A DNA stretch of 64,000 nt from contig CAWGVH010000006.1 in assembly GCA_963825995.1 (NCBI GenBank), forward strand, positions 584,474 through 648,473. Direction: 5' to 3'. A program made the position numbers and the translations under genes. The DNA comes from an uncultured Chloroflexia bacterium. Its GTDB lineage: Bacteria; Chloroflexota; Limnocylindria; Limnocylindrales; CSP1-4. This document shows, in pieces, positions 24,013 through 35,188 of the stretch. Within the stretch, counting starts at the first letter, position 1; each line of letters opens with the position of its first letter. The notes under the pieces were generated by a model, which had not been told where the DNA came from, ran no database searches, and saw nothing but the letters and a program-made list of their open reading frames with translations.

Positions 24013-24369
24013 ATGCCGACCTACGACTACCGTTGCGTGGACTGTGGCCTTGAGGTGGAGGTCGCGCACGGGATCCACGACCGCGGGCCCTCGACGTGCG
24101 GATCATGCGGAGGCGTGATGCGCAAGGCCGTGTCCACGCCGGCCATCCACTTCAAGGGCAGTGGCTGGGCGAAGAAGGACGCCCGAGCCGCGGCCAAGGT
24201 CGCGCCCGCGTCCACATCGGTCGCAACCACGGACACGAAGTCGGGCGAAGCCGGCGCTGCGACGGCATCGGGCTCGGAGGGCAAGGCGGAGGGCGCCGCG
24301 ACGGTCAGTCCGTCCCACAGCGGAGGCCGCCCTTCCACCACGAAGCCCACCCCGAGCGGCAGCGAGTAG
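24013..24369 (+). CDS. FmdB-family zinc-ribbon protein
   Basis: MPTYDYRCVDCG...CGSCGG...IHFKGSGW plus a low-complexity tail. Confidence 0.9.
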   Translation: MPTYDYRCVDCGLEVEVAHGIHDRGPSTCGSCGGVMRKAVSTPAIHFKGSGWAKKDARAAAKVAPASTSVATTDTKSGEAGAATASGSEGKAEGAATVSPSHSGGRPSTTKPTPSGSE

Positions 24370-24381
24370 GCAGGGCCAGAC

Positions 24382-24627
24382 GTGCCACGCGTCGTGTCGG
24401 ATTGGATCAGCCTCAGTGAGGCCGCGCGCATCTTCGAGGAGGCCAACGTCCCCGTCAGCCGCTCGACGCTGGCGCGCTGGGCGCACTCGGGCAAGCTCCA
24501 GTCAATCCAGCCCGGGCGTCAGATCTACGTGCGGCGCGCCCAGGTGCGGGCGATGCTGAGACCGGGCAAGCGCGGCCTCAAGGCCAATCAGCTGCAAGCG
24601 GGGTTCTTCGAGGAACTGACGGGGTGA
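24382..24627 (+). CDS. Small MerR/excisionase-type HTH protein (BldC-like)
   Basis: ISLSEAARIF...VSRSTLARWAHSGKLQSIQ...RAQVRAML, 81 aa, no effector domain. Confidence 0.75.
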   Translation: MPRVVSDWISLSEAARIFEEANVPVSRSTLARWAHSGKLQSIQPGRQIYVRRAQVRAMLRPGKRGLKANQLQAGFFEELTG

Positions 24628-25613
24628 GCCACGGAGGCGGTTCGCCTCCGCGCGACGCTGCCGATCCGCCACGGGTCCGTCCCGTGCTTGGTCGGCGGGC
24701 ACGACTGGAATCGGCACAGCGCCGGGTACTGCGCCAACCGCTGGTGCTCCGGGTCAGTGACGTCATGCGGGCCTACGACCGCGGTGGGGGCAGGATGCTG
24801 ACCGGCGCGCTGGCCTACTTCGCCTTCTTCACGATGGTACCCGCCCTCCTGCTCTTCGTGAGCCTGCTGGGCGTCCTGGTCGAGGATCGGGACCTGCGTG
24901 ACCAGCTTGTGACCAGCCTGGTCGACCGCCTCGATCCCATCCGCGACGTGGCGACCGTCGTCATCGACGGACTCGCGGGCAGCGGCCGCACCGGCACCGT
25001 CATCGGCGTGCTCGGCCTGCTCTGGGGCGCCAGCGGCTTCTACGGGGCGCTGGAGAACTCCATGGCGCGCATGTTCCCTGGCCCCGGCCATCGCGACATG
25101 GTGCAGACACGCATCCGGGGCCTGCTGACCGTCGTGCTCATCCTGGGCAGCATGCTGGCCGCCGTCCTGCTCATCTTCAGCCTGCCCCTCCTGCAGCAGT
25201 GGCTGAAGGCCCGCTGCCTCGACCTCGGCGGCCTGGACCTGCCGCTCCTTGCGGAGGCCTGCACGATCGACCTGGGCCCCATCACCGCGTTGGGGGCCAT
25301 CGGGGTGACGATGGCCGTCGCCACGCTGGTGGCACTCATCGTCTTCACGGTCATCCCGCCGGACGGTGCGTCACCGCGCCAAGCGCTGCTGCCAGCCCTG
25401 CTGGTGGGCATCGCCATCGGCCTGTTCACGTCCCTGTTCGGCTGGCTGGCACCCCTCCTGGTCCGCCAGTGGCTGACACTGGGGATCGTGGGCAGCGTGT
25501 TCATCTCGCTGATCTGGTTCGACCTGGTCTTCCAGGCACTCGTCTATGGAGCTGCCTTCGCCAGGCTGCGCCGCGACGACGAGCGCGGCCGGTCCGGCAG
25601 CCCGTCCCTGTAG
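24624..25613 (+). CDS. YihY/virulence factor BrkB family membrane protein
   Basis: GALAYFAFFTMVPALL, LLWGASG, LIWF...YGA motifs; GTGA-coupled to the HTH gene. Confidence 0.9.
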   Translation: MSHGGGSPPRDAADPPRVRPVLGRRARLESAQRRVLRQPLVLRVSDVMRAYDRGGGRMLTGALAYFAFFTMVPALLLFVSLLGVLVEDRDLRDQLVTSLVDRLDPIRDVATVVIDGLAGSGRTGTVIGVLGLLWGASGFYGALENSMARMFPGPGHRDMVQTRIRGLLTVVLILGSMLAAVLLIFSLPLLQQWLKARCLDLGGLDLPLLAEACTIDLGPITALGAIGVTMAVATLVALIVFTVIPPDGASPRQALLPALLVGIAIGLFTSLFGWLAPLLVRQWLTLGIVGSVFISLIWFDLVFQALVYGAAFARLRRDDERGRSGSPSL

Positions 25614-25676
25614 GGGAACCCTCAGACAGAGAGCGCCCAGTGCGGTGGCCGACTCATGCGGCCAGGCGCGGCCGCC

Positions 25677-27892
25677 TCAGGCTGGCTGTGGAGCACCGCA
25701 GCGGCGGCAGAAGCGGGCCTTCGTCGAGAGCGGCAGGCTGCAGCTCGGACAGGCCCGTGAGGCGGTCCCATGCCTCGAGGTCGGCGGCTGGCCCGCCGAG
25801 ACACCGGGCGGGGGCGGCGCGGCGCGCGGAGGCAACTGGCCGGTGGCGGGGGCAGCGAGTGGCGGCACATTGGCCGTCGATGACGGATACGTGGGCGGAA
25901 GAGCACCAGCATGGCCCGGCGTGGCCTGGCCGGCCGGGGGCTGCGGTGATCGGGGAACCGGCGGGACGATCGGTTGCGGTCCTGGAGGTGCGACTTGCGG
26001 GGCGCCCTGCCGAGCGTCCGGCGCCACGGGTGGGACGGGCGTGACTGGCGCATCCGACATGAAGATGGTGGCTTCAGGGGGGGGCGCCTGGTACGGCATG
26101 GCGAAGGGACCTGGATCGACGGGCGTGGCCCACACGGCCAGCCCGGGGGGCGGCATGGCGGGGGCGGCCTGCCGCGCTGACATCGCCGGGACAGGGGGGA
26201 GCGGCGGCAGCGGCAGTGGCGCGGCCGGCGGGGGGGGTGCCACGGATGGCCCGGGCGGTTCCGACGGGACCGGGGTGGGCGCGAGAGCACCTTCGGGGGC
26301 GGGCTGCTGAGCGAGCTCCGGCAATTCCGCATCGTCGGTCACCCAGTCGGCGGCCGGGCTCGCCGCAGTCGCGGCGGTAACCGCCCCCGGGTCAGGCATC
26401 TGATCGAACCCACGCCGCGCGATGTCCAGCCAGGCCTCGGTCTCTGGCAGCGGTGCGAGCGGTGCCTCGTCCGCTCGACCCAGCTCAGAGGGTGGCGGCG
26501 TGGGCGCCACCTGGGCGGCGGCGGCGACCTCCTCGGCCACGGTCTCGGGCTCGTCGGGCAGCAGGACGGCGGCGGCGGCGACCTCCTCGGCCACGGTCTC
26601 GGGCTCGTCGGGCAGCAGGACGGGGCGGCGGCGACCTCCTCGGCCACGGTCTCGGGCTCGTCGGGCAGCAGGACGGCGGCGGCGGCGACCTCCTCGGCCA
26701 CGGTCTCGGGCTCGTCGGGCAGCAGGACGGCGGCGGCGGCGACCTCCTCGGCCACGGTCTCGGGCTCGTCGGGCAGCAGGACGGCGGCGGCGGCGACCTC
26801 CTCGGCCACGGTCTCGGGCTCGTCGGGCAGCAGGACGGCGGCGGCGGCGACCTCCTCGGCCACGGTCTCGGGCTCGTCGGGCAGCAGGACGGCGGCGGCG
26901 GCGACCTCCTCGGCCACGGTCTCGGGCTCGTCGGGCAGCAGGACGGCGGCGGCGGCGACCTCCTCGGCCACGGTCTCGGGCTCGTCGGGCAGCAGGACGG
27001 CGGCGGCGGCGACCTCCTCGGCCACGGTCTCGGGCTCGTCGGGTCGGCCGGCCTTGAGGGTGCCCGAGCCGACGACGGCTGAACTGGCGCGCGCCCAGTC
27101 CGCTGCGTCGACGTGCGCCTCGCTGTCGATCAGGCTGGCCAGGACACCGACCTCCTCAGCGGCGATCGGGACGGACGGGGGCGCAGGCGGGGCTGAGGGG
27201 GCTTCCCAAGCCGGCGCCACTGGGGGCTCGATGCGGCCCCGATCATCGGACGAGAACACGACGCCTCGCCATGGATCGAGCTCAGGGGCTGGTGTCCAGG
27301 GCAGATCCGTAGCGTTCGCTGTACTGCTCACCGCGGAGCCATCGGCAGCATCGACCGGAGAAGCGCCGTGCGCCGGCGCGCCGCTCGCGGAAGGGCGTTC
27401 AGCGGCCTGGTGTGCGCTCGACTCGGCGCCGGCCGGGGCTCTGACCGGGCCCCACGGGCTGGTGGGCTGTTCGCCGACTGGCTCGGCGCGGCCAGAGTCG
27501 CCGGCGGGCCAGGCGCCCGTCGTATCAGCTGGCTGCACCTTGGGTACCGGATCCGGGCTCCTGACACGACCCGGTACGAGCGCGTCGGACCCAGGAGTCG
27601 TGGCCGCCACCGGATCCGCGTGGGGCCGGCATGAGAGGCACTCGCCTTGCTGCTCGTTCCAGCAGTCCGGGCAGTTGTAGCGACGACACCCCATGCAGAA
27701 GTGGAAGGTGTCCCGGAAGGCCTCGCTGATGGTCAGGGCGGCCGCATCATCGGGTGCGCTCGCGGGTTCCGCCGTCCGTCGCCGGAAGAGGCCCAGCACG
27801 CCAGCGGGCGGGGGCGGCTTCTCCGCGGGAGCGGGCTGCGTGAAGCGGGCGCCACACCGCTCGCAGAAAGACTGGAGAACGTTGTCGGTCAT
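25677..27892 (-). CDS. Large low-complexity protein with N-terminal Cys-rich zinc finger, 18-aa repeats and C-terminal zinc ribbon (one frameshift near 26623)
   Basis: FCERCG...FCMGCRRYNCPDCW...CLSC N-terminus; CPSC...FCRRCG C-terminus; the two ORFs join if the one 53-bp repeat unit is restored to 54 bp. Confidence 0.75.
26514..27043. repeat. Intragenic 54-bp tandem repeat, about 10 copies
   Basis: Unit GGCGGCGGCGGCGACCTCCTCGGCCACGGTCTCGGGCTCGTCGGGCAGCAGGAC encodes PDEPETVAEEVAAAAVLL on the minus strand; no spacers. Confidence 0.97.
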
Positions 27893-28136
27893 GGCGAGGC
27901 TGCGGGACTCCCTCAGGCAGGCTCCGGGCAGGTCGAGGTCTCGATGCCCCCAGAGTAGTGACTCGGGCCAACGCGAGCCTACCAGCACCTGCGTACCCTG
28001 ACCAGCGGAGGCGAAGGTCCCATGGGCGATCGCATCTCGAGCGCAGTGCCTCGGGCCCCAGTCTGGTAAGCGGGTCACCGGTTCCGGCGGCGCTCGGGCT
28101 ACCATGATGGACCTGCTCCGAAGAGGACCGCTGCCC

Positions 28137-29111
28137 GTGGCCATGATCCAGGAGTCCGGCGAGCGTGTCGCCGCCAGTGTCGAGCGTGTCATCGTCGGCA
28201 AGCATCGAGAGGTGCGCCTCGCCCTGGTGGCCCTGTTCTGCCAGGGCCACCTGCTCATCGAGGATGTGCCGGGCACCGGCAAGACCATGCTGGCCCGCGC
28301 GCTCGCCCGGAGCCTCTCCTGCAGCTTCCGACGTATCCAGTTCACGCCAGACCTGCTGCCCAGCGACGTCACTGGCATCTCGATCTACAACCAGAAGAGC
28401 CAGGAGTTCGAGTTCCGGCCGGGTCCCATCGTCAGCCAGGTCGTCCTCGCCGATGAGATCAACCGGGCCACGCCCAAGACGCAGTCGGCACTGCTGGAGG
28501 CCATGGAGGAGCGGCACATGACCGTGGACGGCACGACCCGACCCCTGCCGCGCCCCTTCATGGTCATCGCCACGCAGAACCCCATCGAGTATGAGGGAAC
28601 CTTCCCGCTGCCAGAGGCCCAGCTCGACCGATTCATGCTGCGGCTCCGCATGGGCTACCCGGATCCCATGGACGAGATGCTCATCCTCGATGAGCAGAAG
28701 CGCGGCCACCCGGTGGAGACATTGGAGCCGGTGGCAGATGCCACTGAGGTGCTGGCCATGCAGCAGGCCGTCCGCGAGATCTACGTGGACCCTGCCATCT
28801 CCGACTACATCGTGCGACTGGTGAGCGCCTCACGGACGCACCCGGACGTCTATCTCGGCGCGTCACCGCGTGGGTCGCTGGCGCTGTACCGCGCCAGTCA
28901 GGCCTGGGCGGCCATGTCGGGCCGGGATTACGTCATCCCCGACGACGTCAAGGCGCTCGCCGAAGCCGCCCTGGCTCACCGCATCATCGTCAAGACAGGC
29001 GCCTCCATCCACGGCCTGGACGGCCGCGGCGTGGTCAGCGAGATGCTCATGAGCGTGCCCGTCGGGGCACCCCGGCCGAGCGCCGAGGGCCAGGGGGTGC
29101 GCCGGGCGTAG
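28137..29111 (+). CDS. MoxR-family AAA+ ATPase
   Basis: [50 protein letters not shown]. Confidence 0.95.
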   Translation: MAMIQESGERVAASVERVIVGKHREVRLALVALFCQGHLLIEDVPGTGKTMLARALARSLSCSFRRIQFTPDLLPSDVTGISIYNQKSQEFEFRPGPIVSQVVLADEINRATPKTQSALLEAMEERHMTVDGTTRPLPRPFMVIATQNPIEYEGTFPLPEAQLDRFMLRLRMGYPDPMDEMLILDEQKRGHPVETLEPVADATEVLAMQQAVREIYVDPAISDYIVRLVSASRTHPDVYLGASPRGSLALYRASQAWAAMSGRDYVIPDDVKALAEAALAHRIIVKTGASIHGLDGRGVVSEMLMSVPVGAPRPSAEGQGVRRA

Positions 29112-29141
29112 ACGGCACCGCCGGAGCGCCCCGCACGACCG

Positions 29142-30413
29142 ATGCGCGCCAAGCTGGGCCTCCTTGCGGCCGTGAGCCTGGTCGTGGTGGTCGCACTGGT
29201 GAGCGGCTCGACGTTGGTCTACTTTCTCGCCTACCTCGTGGCCGCGACCGCCGTGGGCGCGCACCTGCTGGCGCGACGCGGCCTCGACGGCCTGGAGGCA
29301 GGTTCCTGGCTGGACCGTCGGCACGCCACGGTCGGCGACATCCTGGCGGTGACGTACACGCTACGCTCACATGCGAGGCTGCCCAGGCCCTGGCTGGAGG
29401 TCCACAGCCCCTCGACGCTGCCCCTGGCAATCCCGGGACGGGTCATCTCACTTGCGCCGAGAACGGAACGGACGTGGGCAGCACGCGTGCCGCTGCCGCG
29501 GCGGGGCCAGTACCGCGTCGACCCCCTCGTGGTCCGCACCGGCGATCCACTGGGCCTCTTCGAATCGGTCGCAAGCGTGGGTCCCGGGGCGACGATCCTT
29601 GTCTATCCGCAGGTGGCACCCTTGCCCGCCTGGGACCTGCCGCCGGCCGCCATCGAGGCCGCGTCGGCCCGCGGGAGGCAGGGGTCGCATGTCACGCCGG
29701 TGGTGACGAGCGTACGGCCCTACACCCCTGGGGACGCCTTCAACCGCATCCACTGGCGCTCGAGCGCCCGTCACCAGGAGCTGCAGGTCAAGGAGTTCGA
29801 CATCGAGCCCTCGGCGGACTTGTGGATCTTCCTCGACCTGCATCGTGGGGTGCATGTCGGCCTGGGCGAGACCGCCACTGTGGAGAGCGCAGTGCGCGTA
29901 GCTGCCGCGCTCGCCGGCCACGCCCTGGCCGATGGCCGAGGCGTGGGTATGGAAGCCGTCGGGGTGCGGCGGGCCGTCGTCGCTGCCGAACGAGGTGTCC
30001 GCCAGCGACACAAGATCCTCGGCCTGCTGGCCGTGGCGGAAGCGGAGGGTTCGACACCGCTCGTGGAGATGCTGCTGGAGAGCACCGGCCGGGCCCGTCG
30101 CGGCATGGTCGTCATGGTCGTCACACCATCACTCGACAGCGCCTGGGTGCGTCCGCTGTCTGCCATGCGCGGCCGAGGAGTGGCCCCCGTTGCCTGCCTC
30201 ATCGATCCCTTGGCGCACCAGGTTCGTGGATCGTCCGGCGGGGACCAGGAGGCGTTCCTGCCAGCTGCCCGTGAGTCGCTCGAGCGAGCCATGCGCGCCC
30301 AGCTGCACAGCCTTGCGGAGCACGACGTGCGCACCCACGTCGTGGGGCCTGACCGTCCGTTGGGGGAGCAGCTGGTCGCAGGGCGTGGCGTCAGCGGCTG
30401 GGGGGCAGCGTGA
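29142..30413 (+). CDS. DUF58 domain protein
   Basis: RRGQY, DPLGLF, VRPYTPGDAFNRIHWRSSAR, QVKEF; follows MoxR. Confidence 0.92.
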   Translation: MRAKLGLLAAVSLVVVVALVSGSTLVYFLAYLVAATAVGAHLLARRGLDGLEAGSWLDRRHATVGDILAVTYTLRSHARLPRPWLEVHSPSTLPLAIPGRVISLAPRTERTWAARVPLPRRGQYRVDPLVVRTGDPLGLFESVASVGPGATILVYPQVAPLPAWDLPPAAIEAASARGRQGSHVTPVVTSVRPYTPGDAFNRIHWRSSARHQELQVKEFDIEPSADLWIFLDLHRGVHVGLGETATVESAVRVAAALAGHALADGRGVGMEAVGVRRAVVAAERGVRQRHKILGLLAVAEAEGSTPLVEMLLESTGRARRGMVVMVVTPSLDSAWVRPLSAMRGRGVAPVACLIDPLAHQVRGSSGGDQEAFLPAARESLERAMRAQLHSLAEHDVRTHVVGPDRPLGEQLVAGRGVSGWGAA

Positions 30414-32770
30414 GCCCATCGCGTATGCAGTGGCCCAGAGTGCTGACGAGACCCGCGGCGGGCTGGTCGAGCCTGATCCTCCTGCTGGGCATGCTGGTGG
30501 TGGTCGGCCTGGCGGTCGTGGACACACGACCACTGGTCCTCGGTACCGCGGGCACGACCATGCTGCCGCTCGTGGCGCTCGTCTCAGCGGGGATGGTGGG
30601 CCAGCTGCTGGGCAGGAGCCGGATGGGAGTCGTACGGGCCCACGTGTTGGGTGCGGTGACTGGGGCGATCACCCTGCTCCTGGCAGGGGCCGCGGCGGTC
30701 GGCGAGGCGGGCGGCCTGCCACTGACCGACCTGCGGCTGGTGCAGGAGCACCTGGCGCTGCTCAGCGCCGCGGTCCAGGCGGAGCTGCGCCTATTCCTCG
30801 GCACGGCTGCGGTGCCCCCCACCACCCTCGCCTGCCTGGTCCTGGGGGCGTTGTGCTGGTCGATCGGCCAGTTCAGCGCTTTCAGCGTCTTCCGGTACGG
30901 ACGCGGCGGTCCCGCCGTCGTCGCCAGCGGCACGATGCTGTTCCTGAACGAGGCCCTTCCTGCCACCGACCCATCGCTGGACCGCCTGCCCGTCCTGTGG
31001 GCCTTGGCCCTCTTCGCCGTGCTGGCCCTGCTCCTGCTGGTGCGCCTGCAGCTCGCTGCACACGGATGGCAGTGGGCGAGGCGGCAGATCGCGACCAGCG
31101 CCGAGGTCGATCGCCTGTTCCTGCGCGCCGGCGGACTGTTCGTGGTAGTTGCCGTCATCGCGGCTGCGTCCCTTACGGCGGTCGCCAGGGTGCCCGCCCA
31201 GAGCTTCGACGAGGGTGCCCTCCGCGGGCCACTGGAGGGCCTGCGCCATGAGGTCTCGCGCTGGCTGCGCCTGGTCGCGGTGGACGTGACACCTCGGGAG
31301 TCGACCACGCTGGAGGACCGGCTCAGGGTCGCCGATGCCTGGGCACCGGGCGGCGGGGTGGCCTTCGCGGTGGAGGTGGAGGGCAGCCTGCGAGGCAACT
31401 ACTGGTGGCTCTCGGCGTTCTCCGACTTCGATGGACACGCCTGGTCGCGGACAGACACGACGGTCGACGAAGTGACCGCCCTCGCACCCCTGGAGGTGCC
31501 GGCCGACGCCAGCGGGGCTGGCCCCTTCGAGGTGGTGGCGACCGTGACGCCGCGCCGCTCCGCCCTGGCCCTCGGCACCGTCATCGGACCGAGCGAGCCG
31601 CGGGTCGTGAGTCGCGACGTCCGGGTGCGCAGCCTCGGCGATCGCGAGGGATTGACGGAGGTCACCTTCGCCGACGAGGTCCTGCGCGGCGGCAGCTACA
31701 CGGTGACCTCGGCGGTGCACGACTACGAGTCTGGAGAGGGATCGTTGACGGCATCGACGCTGCGAGCCACGGGCCACGACTACCCGGCCTGGATCGGCCG
31801 CTATCTGCGCGTGGATGCGGGCGCCTCGGGTCCGCGGACCTCGCGAATGGCCACTGACATCCGACTCGCCGCCGAGCGATCGGGGCTCGACAGCGCCTAC
31901 GACCAGGCTCGGCTCCTGCAGGACAGGCTACGCACGATGGACTACAGCATCTCCGTGGCAGGCCTCTGCCAGCCGGACGAGAACGTCCCTGAATGCCTCC
32001 TGCGCACCGAGACCGGGTTCTGTCAGCACTTCGCGAGCACGATGGTGATGGTCCTGCGCGAACTGGGAATCCCGGCGCGACTCGTGAGCGGATATCTCCC
32101 GGGACAGCGCGCTGCCGACGGCCGCTACGACGTGCCACAGCAGGCGCTGCATGCTTGGGTGGAGGTCTACTTCCCCAGCGTCGGCTGGGTGCGCTTCGAC
32201 CCAACGCCCGGCGACCAGTTGCGCCGCTTCGCGCAACTCCCGACCGATCTCGCGGAGGGCGAGCCGGTCGCCTCCCCAGGTCCTGCGGGCAGCGGCCCAC
32301 CGACCGAGGGAACCGCAGCGGCCGAGGCCCTGCAGGAGCCCAGCGCATCGCCGACCCTCGCTTCGCCTGCCCTGCTGGGCGATGCCAGCGCCGATGCCGC
32401 GTCCACGCTGCTGCTTGCCGTGGGCATGGCGGGCCTTGTCATCCTCGTCCTGACGGCTCTCCTGCTCGTGCGCCTCCGGCGCCTTCCGGGGGGCGGCGGC
32501 GACCTTGCCTACGCGCGCATCGCGGGCCTGGCAACGCGCCTCGGATACGGACCGCACCCTTCTCAGACCGAGTTCGAGTTCGCCGCCAGCCTGTCCGACG
32601 CCCTGCCATCGGTCAGGCAGGAGCTCTACCTCGTGGCCCATGCTCGGGTGGAGAAGCGATATGGCCTGCGAGACGTGGCCAGCGAGCCGCGCGCGGCCCT
32701 GCGCCTCGCCTATGCGCGCATCAGGACGGCCCTGCTGCGCCTGGGCTGGAGGGCCAGACGACGCGAGTAG
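30410..32770 (+). CDS. Membrane transglutaminase-like protein (TgpA type)
   Basis: N-terminal TM bundle; GFCQHFA, GIPARLVSGY, HAWVEVY, FDPT (Cys-His-Asp triad). Confidence 0.92.
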   Translation: MSPSRMQWPRVLTRPAAGWSSLILLLGMLVVVGLAVVDTRPLVLGTAGTTMLPLVALVSAGMVGQLLGRSRMGVVRAHVLGAVTGAITLLLAGAAAVGEAGGLPLTDLRLVQEHLALLSAAVQAELRLFLGTAAVPPTTLACLVLGALCWSIGQFSAFSVFRYGRGGPAVVASGTMLFLNEALPATDPSLDRLPVLWALALFAVLALLLLVRLQLAAHGWQWARRQIATSAEVDRLFLRAGGLFVVVAVIAAASLTAVARVPAQSFDEGALRGPLEGLRHEVSRWLRLVAVDVTPRESTTLEDRLRVADAWAPGGGVAFAVEVEGSLRGNYWWLSAFSDFDGHAWSRTDTTVDEVTALAPLEVPADASGAGPFEVVATVTPRRSALALGTVIGPSEPRVVSRDVRVRSLGDREGLTEVTFADEVLRGGSYTVTSAVHDYESGEGSLTASTLRATGHDYPAWIGRYLRVDAGASGPRTSRMATDIRLAAERSGLDSAYDQARLLQDRLRTMDYSISVAGLCQPDENVPECLLRTETGFCQHFASTMVMVLRELGIPARLVSGYLPGQRAADGRYDVPQQALHAWVEVYFPSVGWVRFDPTPGDQLRRFAQLPTDLAEGEPVASPGPAGSGPPTEGTAAAEALQEPSASPTLASPALLGDASADAASTLLLAVGMAGLVILVLTALLLVRLRRLPGGGGDLAYARIAGLATRLGYGPHPSQTEFEFAASLSDALPSVRQELYLVAHARVEKRYGLRDVASEPRAALRLAYARIRTALLRLGWRARRRE

Positions 32771-32839
32771 TCCGGTCAGGCGCTGCCGCCCGCCGGCTCG
32801 CCGGCTCTGACACCCCAGCAGGCGGCCAGGCCGCGACGG

Positions 32840-33620
32840 TCAGCGTCGGCCCAGCGTGGTGATGTGCTCATCGAGGTTGTGGGCGCGGAGCCGCGGCACG
32901 CCGGCGCTGTTGTCGAGGACGCTGATCGAGGCGAGGGCGAAGGGGAGCGACCAGAAGTGCTCGAGTCCGATGCCCAGCAGGCCCAGGGCAAGGCAGCGCA
33001 GGATGCCGTCGTGGGCGACCACGATGCCCCAGGCTGGCGGGCGTCCGGTGCCCGCGCCAGCCTCGTAGCCCAGCACCGCGGGCGCAGGCGTCGTCGTCGA
33101 CGGGTCATTCGCGTCCGGCCGCTGACGTCCGCCGACAGGCGGCCCCTCCGCCGGCAGGGAAAGCATGGTCCGCAGCGCCCGCTGGGCACGCTCGAAGGCC
33201 GCCGGCAGGGACTCGCCACCGGGCGCGTGGTGGTGGACGGGGTGTTCCAGCCAGCCCTGCAACTGGCGGGGATAGTGGTCACGGACCTCATCGAGCGTGA
33301 GGCCCTCCCACTCGCCCTGGCTCAGCTCCAGGAGCGTCTCGAGGGGCCGCAGCGGTGCATCCGCCTCGCGAGCCTCGTGGATGGCCTGGGCGGTCTCGGT
33401 GGCGCGTCGCAGCGGCGAGTGCCAGATGGCCACCGGCGACGTATCCGGGACCGGCAGCGATGGCGAGGCCGCCGGTGCAGCCAGGCGAGCACCGATGGCC
33501 GTGGCCTGGCGTCGACCCGCATCGGTGAGCGGCGTGTCGCCCCGTCCCTGGAAGCGACCCTCGGCGAGCCACGTCGGACTCGCCGTGCCGGACGAGGACC
33601 AGGATGGCTGGCGCGGTCAC
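32840..33620 (-). pseudogene. Histidine phosphatase (PspA-type phosphoserine phosphatase candidate), frameshift near 33575 (probably a sequencing error)
   Basis: LVRHGES, then after removing 1 nt TWLAEGRFQGRGDTPLT; SPLRRA, GEWEG, PGGES, VAHDG. Confidence 0.8.
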
Positions 33621-35186
33621 CCCGGCGCGTCGAGGCCGATGAGCCAGACGTCCAGCATGGCGTCGTAGGAGCGGATGCGCTCGAGCGCTGCATCCGGCAC
33701 CTGCTCGTCGAGGGCCAGGATCATGAAGGCGATCGAGCGCTTGTCGGAGCGGCCCAGGTGCATGGCGCTGATGTTGACGTCGGCCTCGCCGAGGGTCTGG
33801 CCCACGAGGCCGATGGCACCGGGGCGGTCCTCGTGTCGGGAGACGAGCATGTGCGCCGATGGCGCCAGGTCGATCTCGTAGCCGTCGAGGGCCACCAGGC
33901 GCGACTCGCCCGAGGCGACGGTGCCGGCCACCGAGCGGTCCCCCCGGAGCGTCAGCAGCGACGAGTAGCGGCCGGACTCCGGGATCTTGTGCACGGCCAG
34001 GTTGATGCCGCGAGCCTTGGCCAGGGCCGGCGCATTGACGACGTTGACGCGCTCCTCGGTGTGCGTCTCGATGATGCCGCCCAGGGCCGCGGCCACGAGG
34101 GGCGCTGAGTCGAATTCGGCCAGCTCGCCGGCGACCTCCAGGGTGAGCCCGCTCAGGCTCGTCGCGAACTGGGCATAGAACTGGCCGAGCGTACGAGCCA
34201 GCGGCAGGTAGGGCGACAGCGCGTCAGCCGTCTCGGGCGTCATGAGCGGGGCGTTGACCGCGTAGCGTGCCGGCCGACCGGCCAGTACGTCGCGCACCTG
34301 CTCGCAGGCCTCCACGGCCACCCTGGTCTGCGCCTCCTCCGTGGAGGCACCGAGGTGCGGCGTCAGGATGGCGTTGGGCGCCGCGCGCAGCGGGTTGTCC
34401 GCCGTGGGCGGCTCGCTCGAATAGACGTCCACGGCAGCGCCGGCGATGGTGCCGGCCGCCAGGGCCTCCGCCAGGGCGGCCTCGTCGATGACGCCACCGC
34501 GTGCCACGTTGATGACGTAGGCGTCACGTTTCATGGTCGCCAGCTCAGCCGCGCCGATGAGGTTCGTGGTGTCCTTCGTCTTGGGCACGTGGACGGTGAC
34601 GGCGTCGGCGACCTTGAGGATCTCGGGGAGCGGCATGGGTGTGATGCCGTGCAGGGAGGCAGCCTCTGCGGTCACGAAGGGATCGTTGCCCACGACGTCC
34701 ATGCCCAGGGCGCGGGCTCGGTCGGCCACGGCCATGCCGATCTTGCCCAGCCCCACCACGCCGAGCGTCTTGCCCACCAGCTCGCGGCCCATGAAGGCGG
34801 AGCGGTTCCAATCGCCGGCATGCATGGAGGCGTCGGCAGCCGGCACGCGGCGAGCCAGTGCGAACAGCAGGGCCAGCGTGTGCTCGGCGGCCGCCACGGT
34901 GTTGCCGGTCGGGGCGTTGACGACGATGATGCCGGCCGCGGTGGCGGCCGGGATGTCGATGTTGTCCACGCCGACCCCGGCCCGGCCGATGACGACCAGG
35001 CGGCGACCGGCGGCGATGGCCTCGGCGTCGGCTTTGACGCCGCTGCGCACCAGCAGCGCATCGTAGTCGGGCAGGGCGGCCAGGAACTCTTCGCGCGAGA
35101 GGCCGGTGCGTACATCGACCGTCGTGCTCCGCGCGAAGCAGCTCGATGCCCTCGGGAGCGAGCTTCTCAGCGACCAGGATGCGCAC
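33617..35186 (-). CDS. serA: D-3-phosphoglycerate dehydrogenase, frameshift near 35120
   Basis: MRILVAEKL start; GRAGVGVDNID, GLGKIG, NVARGG, TPHLGASTEEAQ; C-terminal ACT domain DRPGAIG. Confidence 0.92.
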
Positions 35187-35188
35187 CG

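Noticed and set aside
24382-24627. Excisionase marking a mobile element
   Set aside because: No integrase or att sites nearby, and the gene is embedded in a coupled operon
26514-27043. Repeat array as a CRISPR
   Set aside because: Units are contiguous with no unique spacers, the 54-bp period is a multiple of 3 inside a CDS, and there are no cas genes
26422-27082. Arg-rich and Gly-rich repeat ORFs on the plus strand
   Set aside because: Alternative-frame readings of the tandem repeat; only the minus frame connects to the zinc-finger domains
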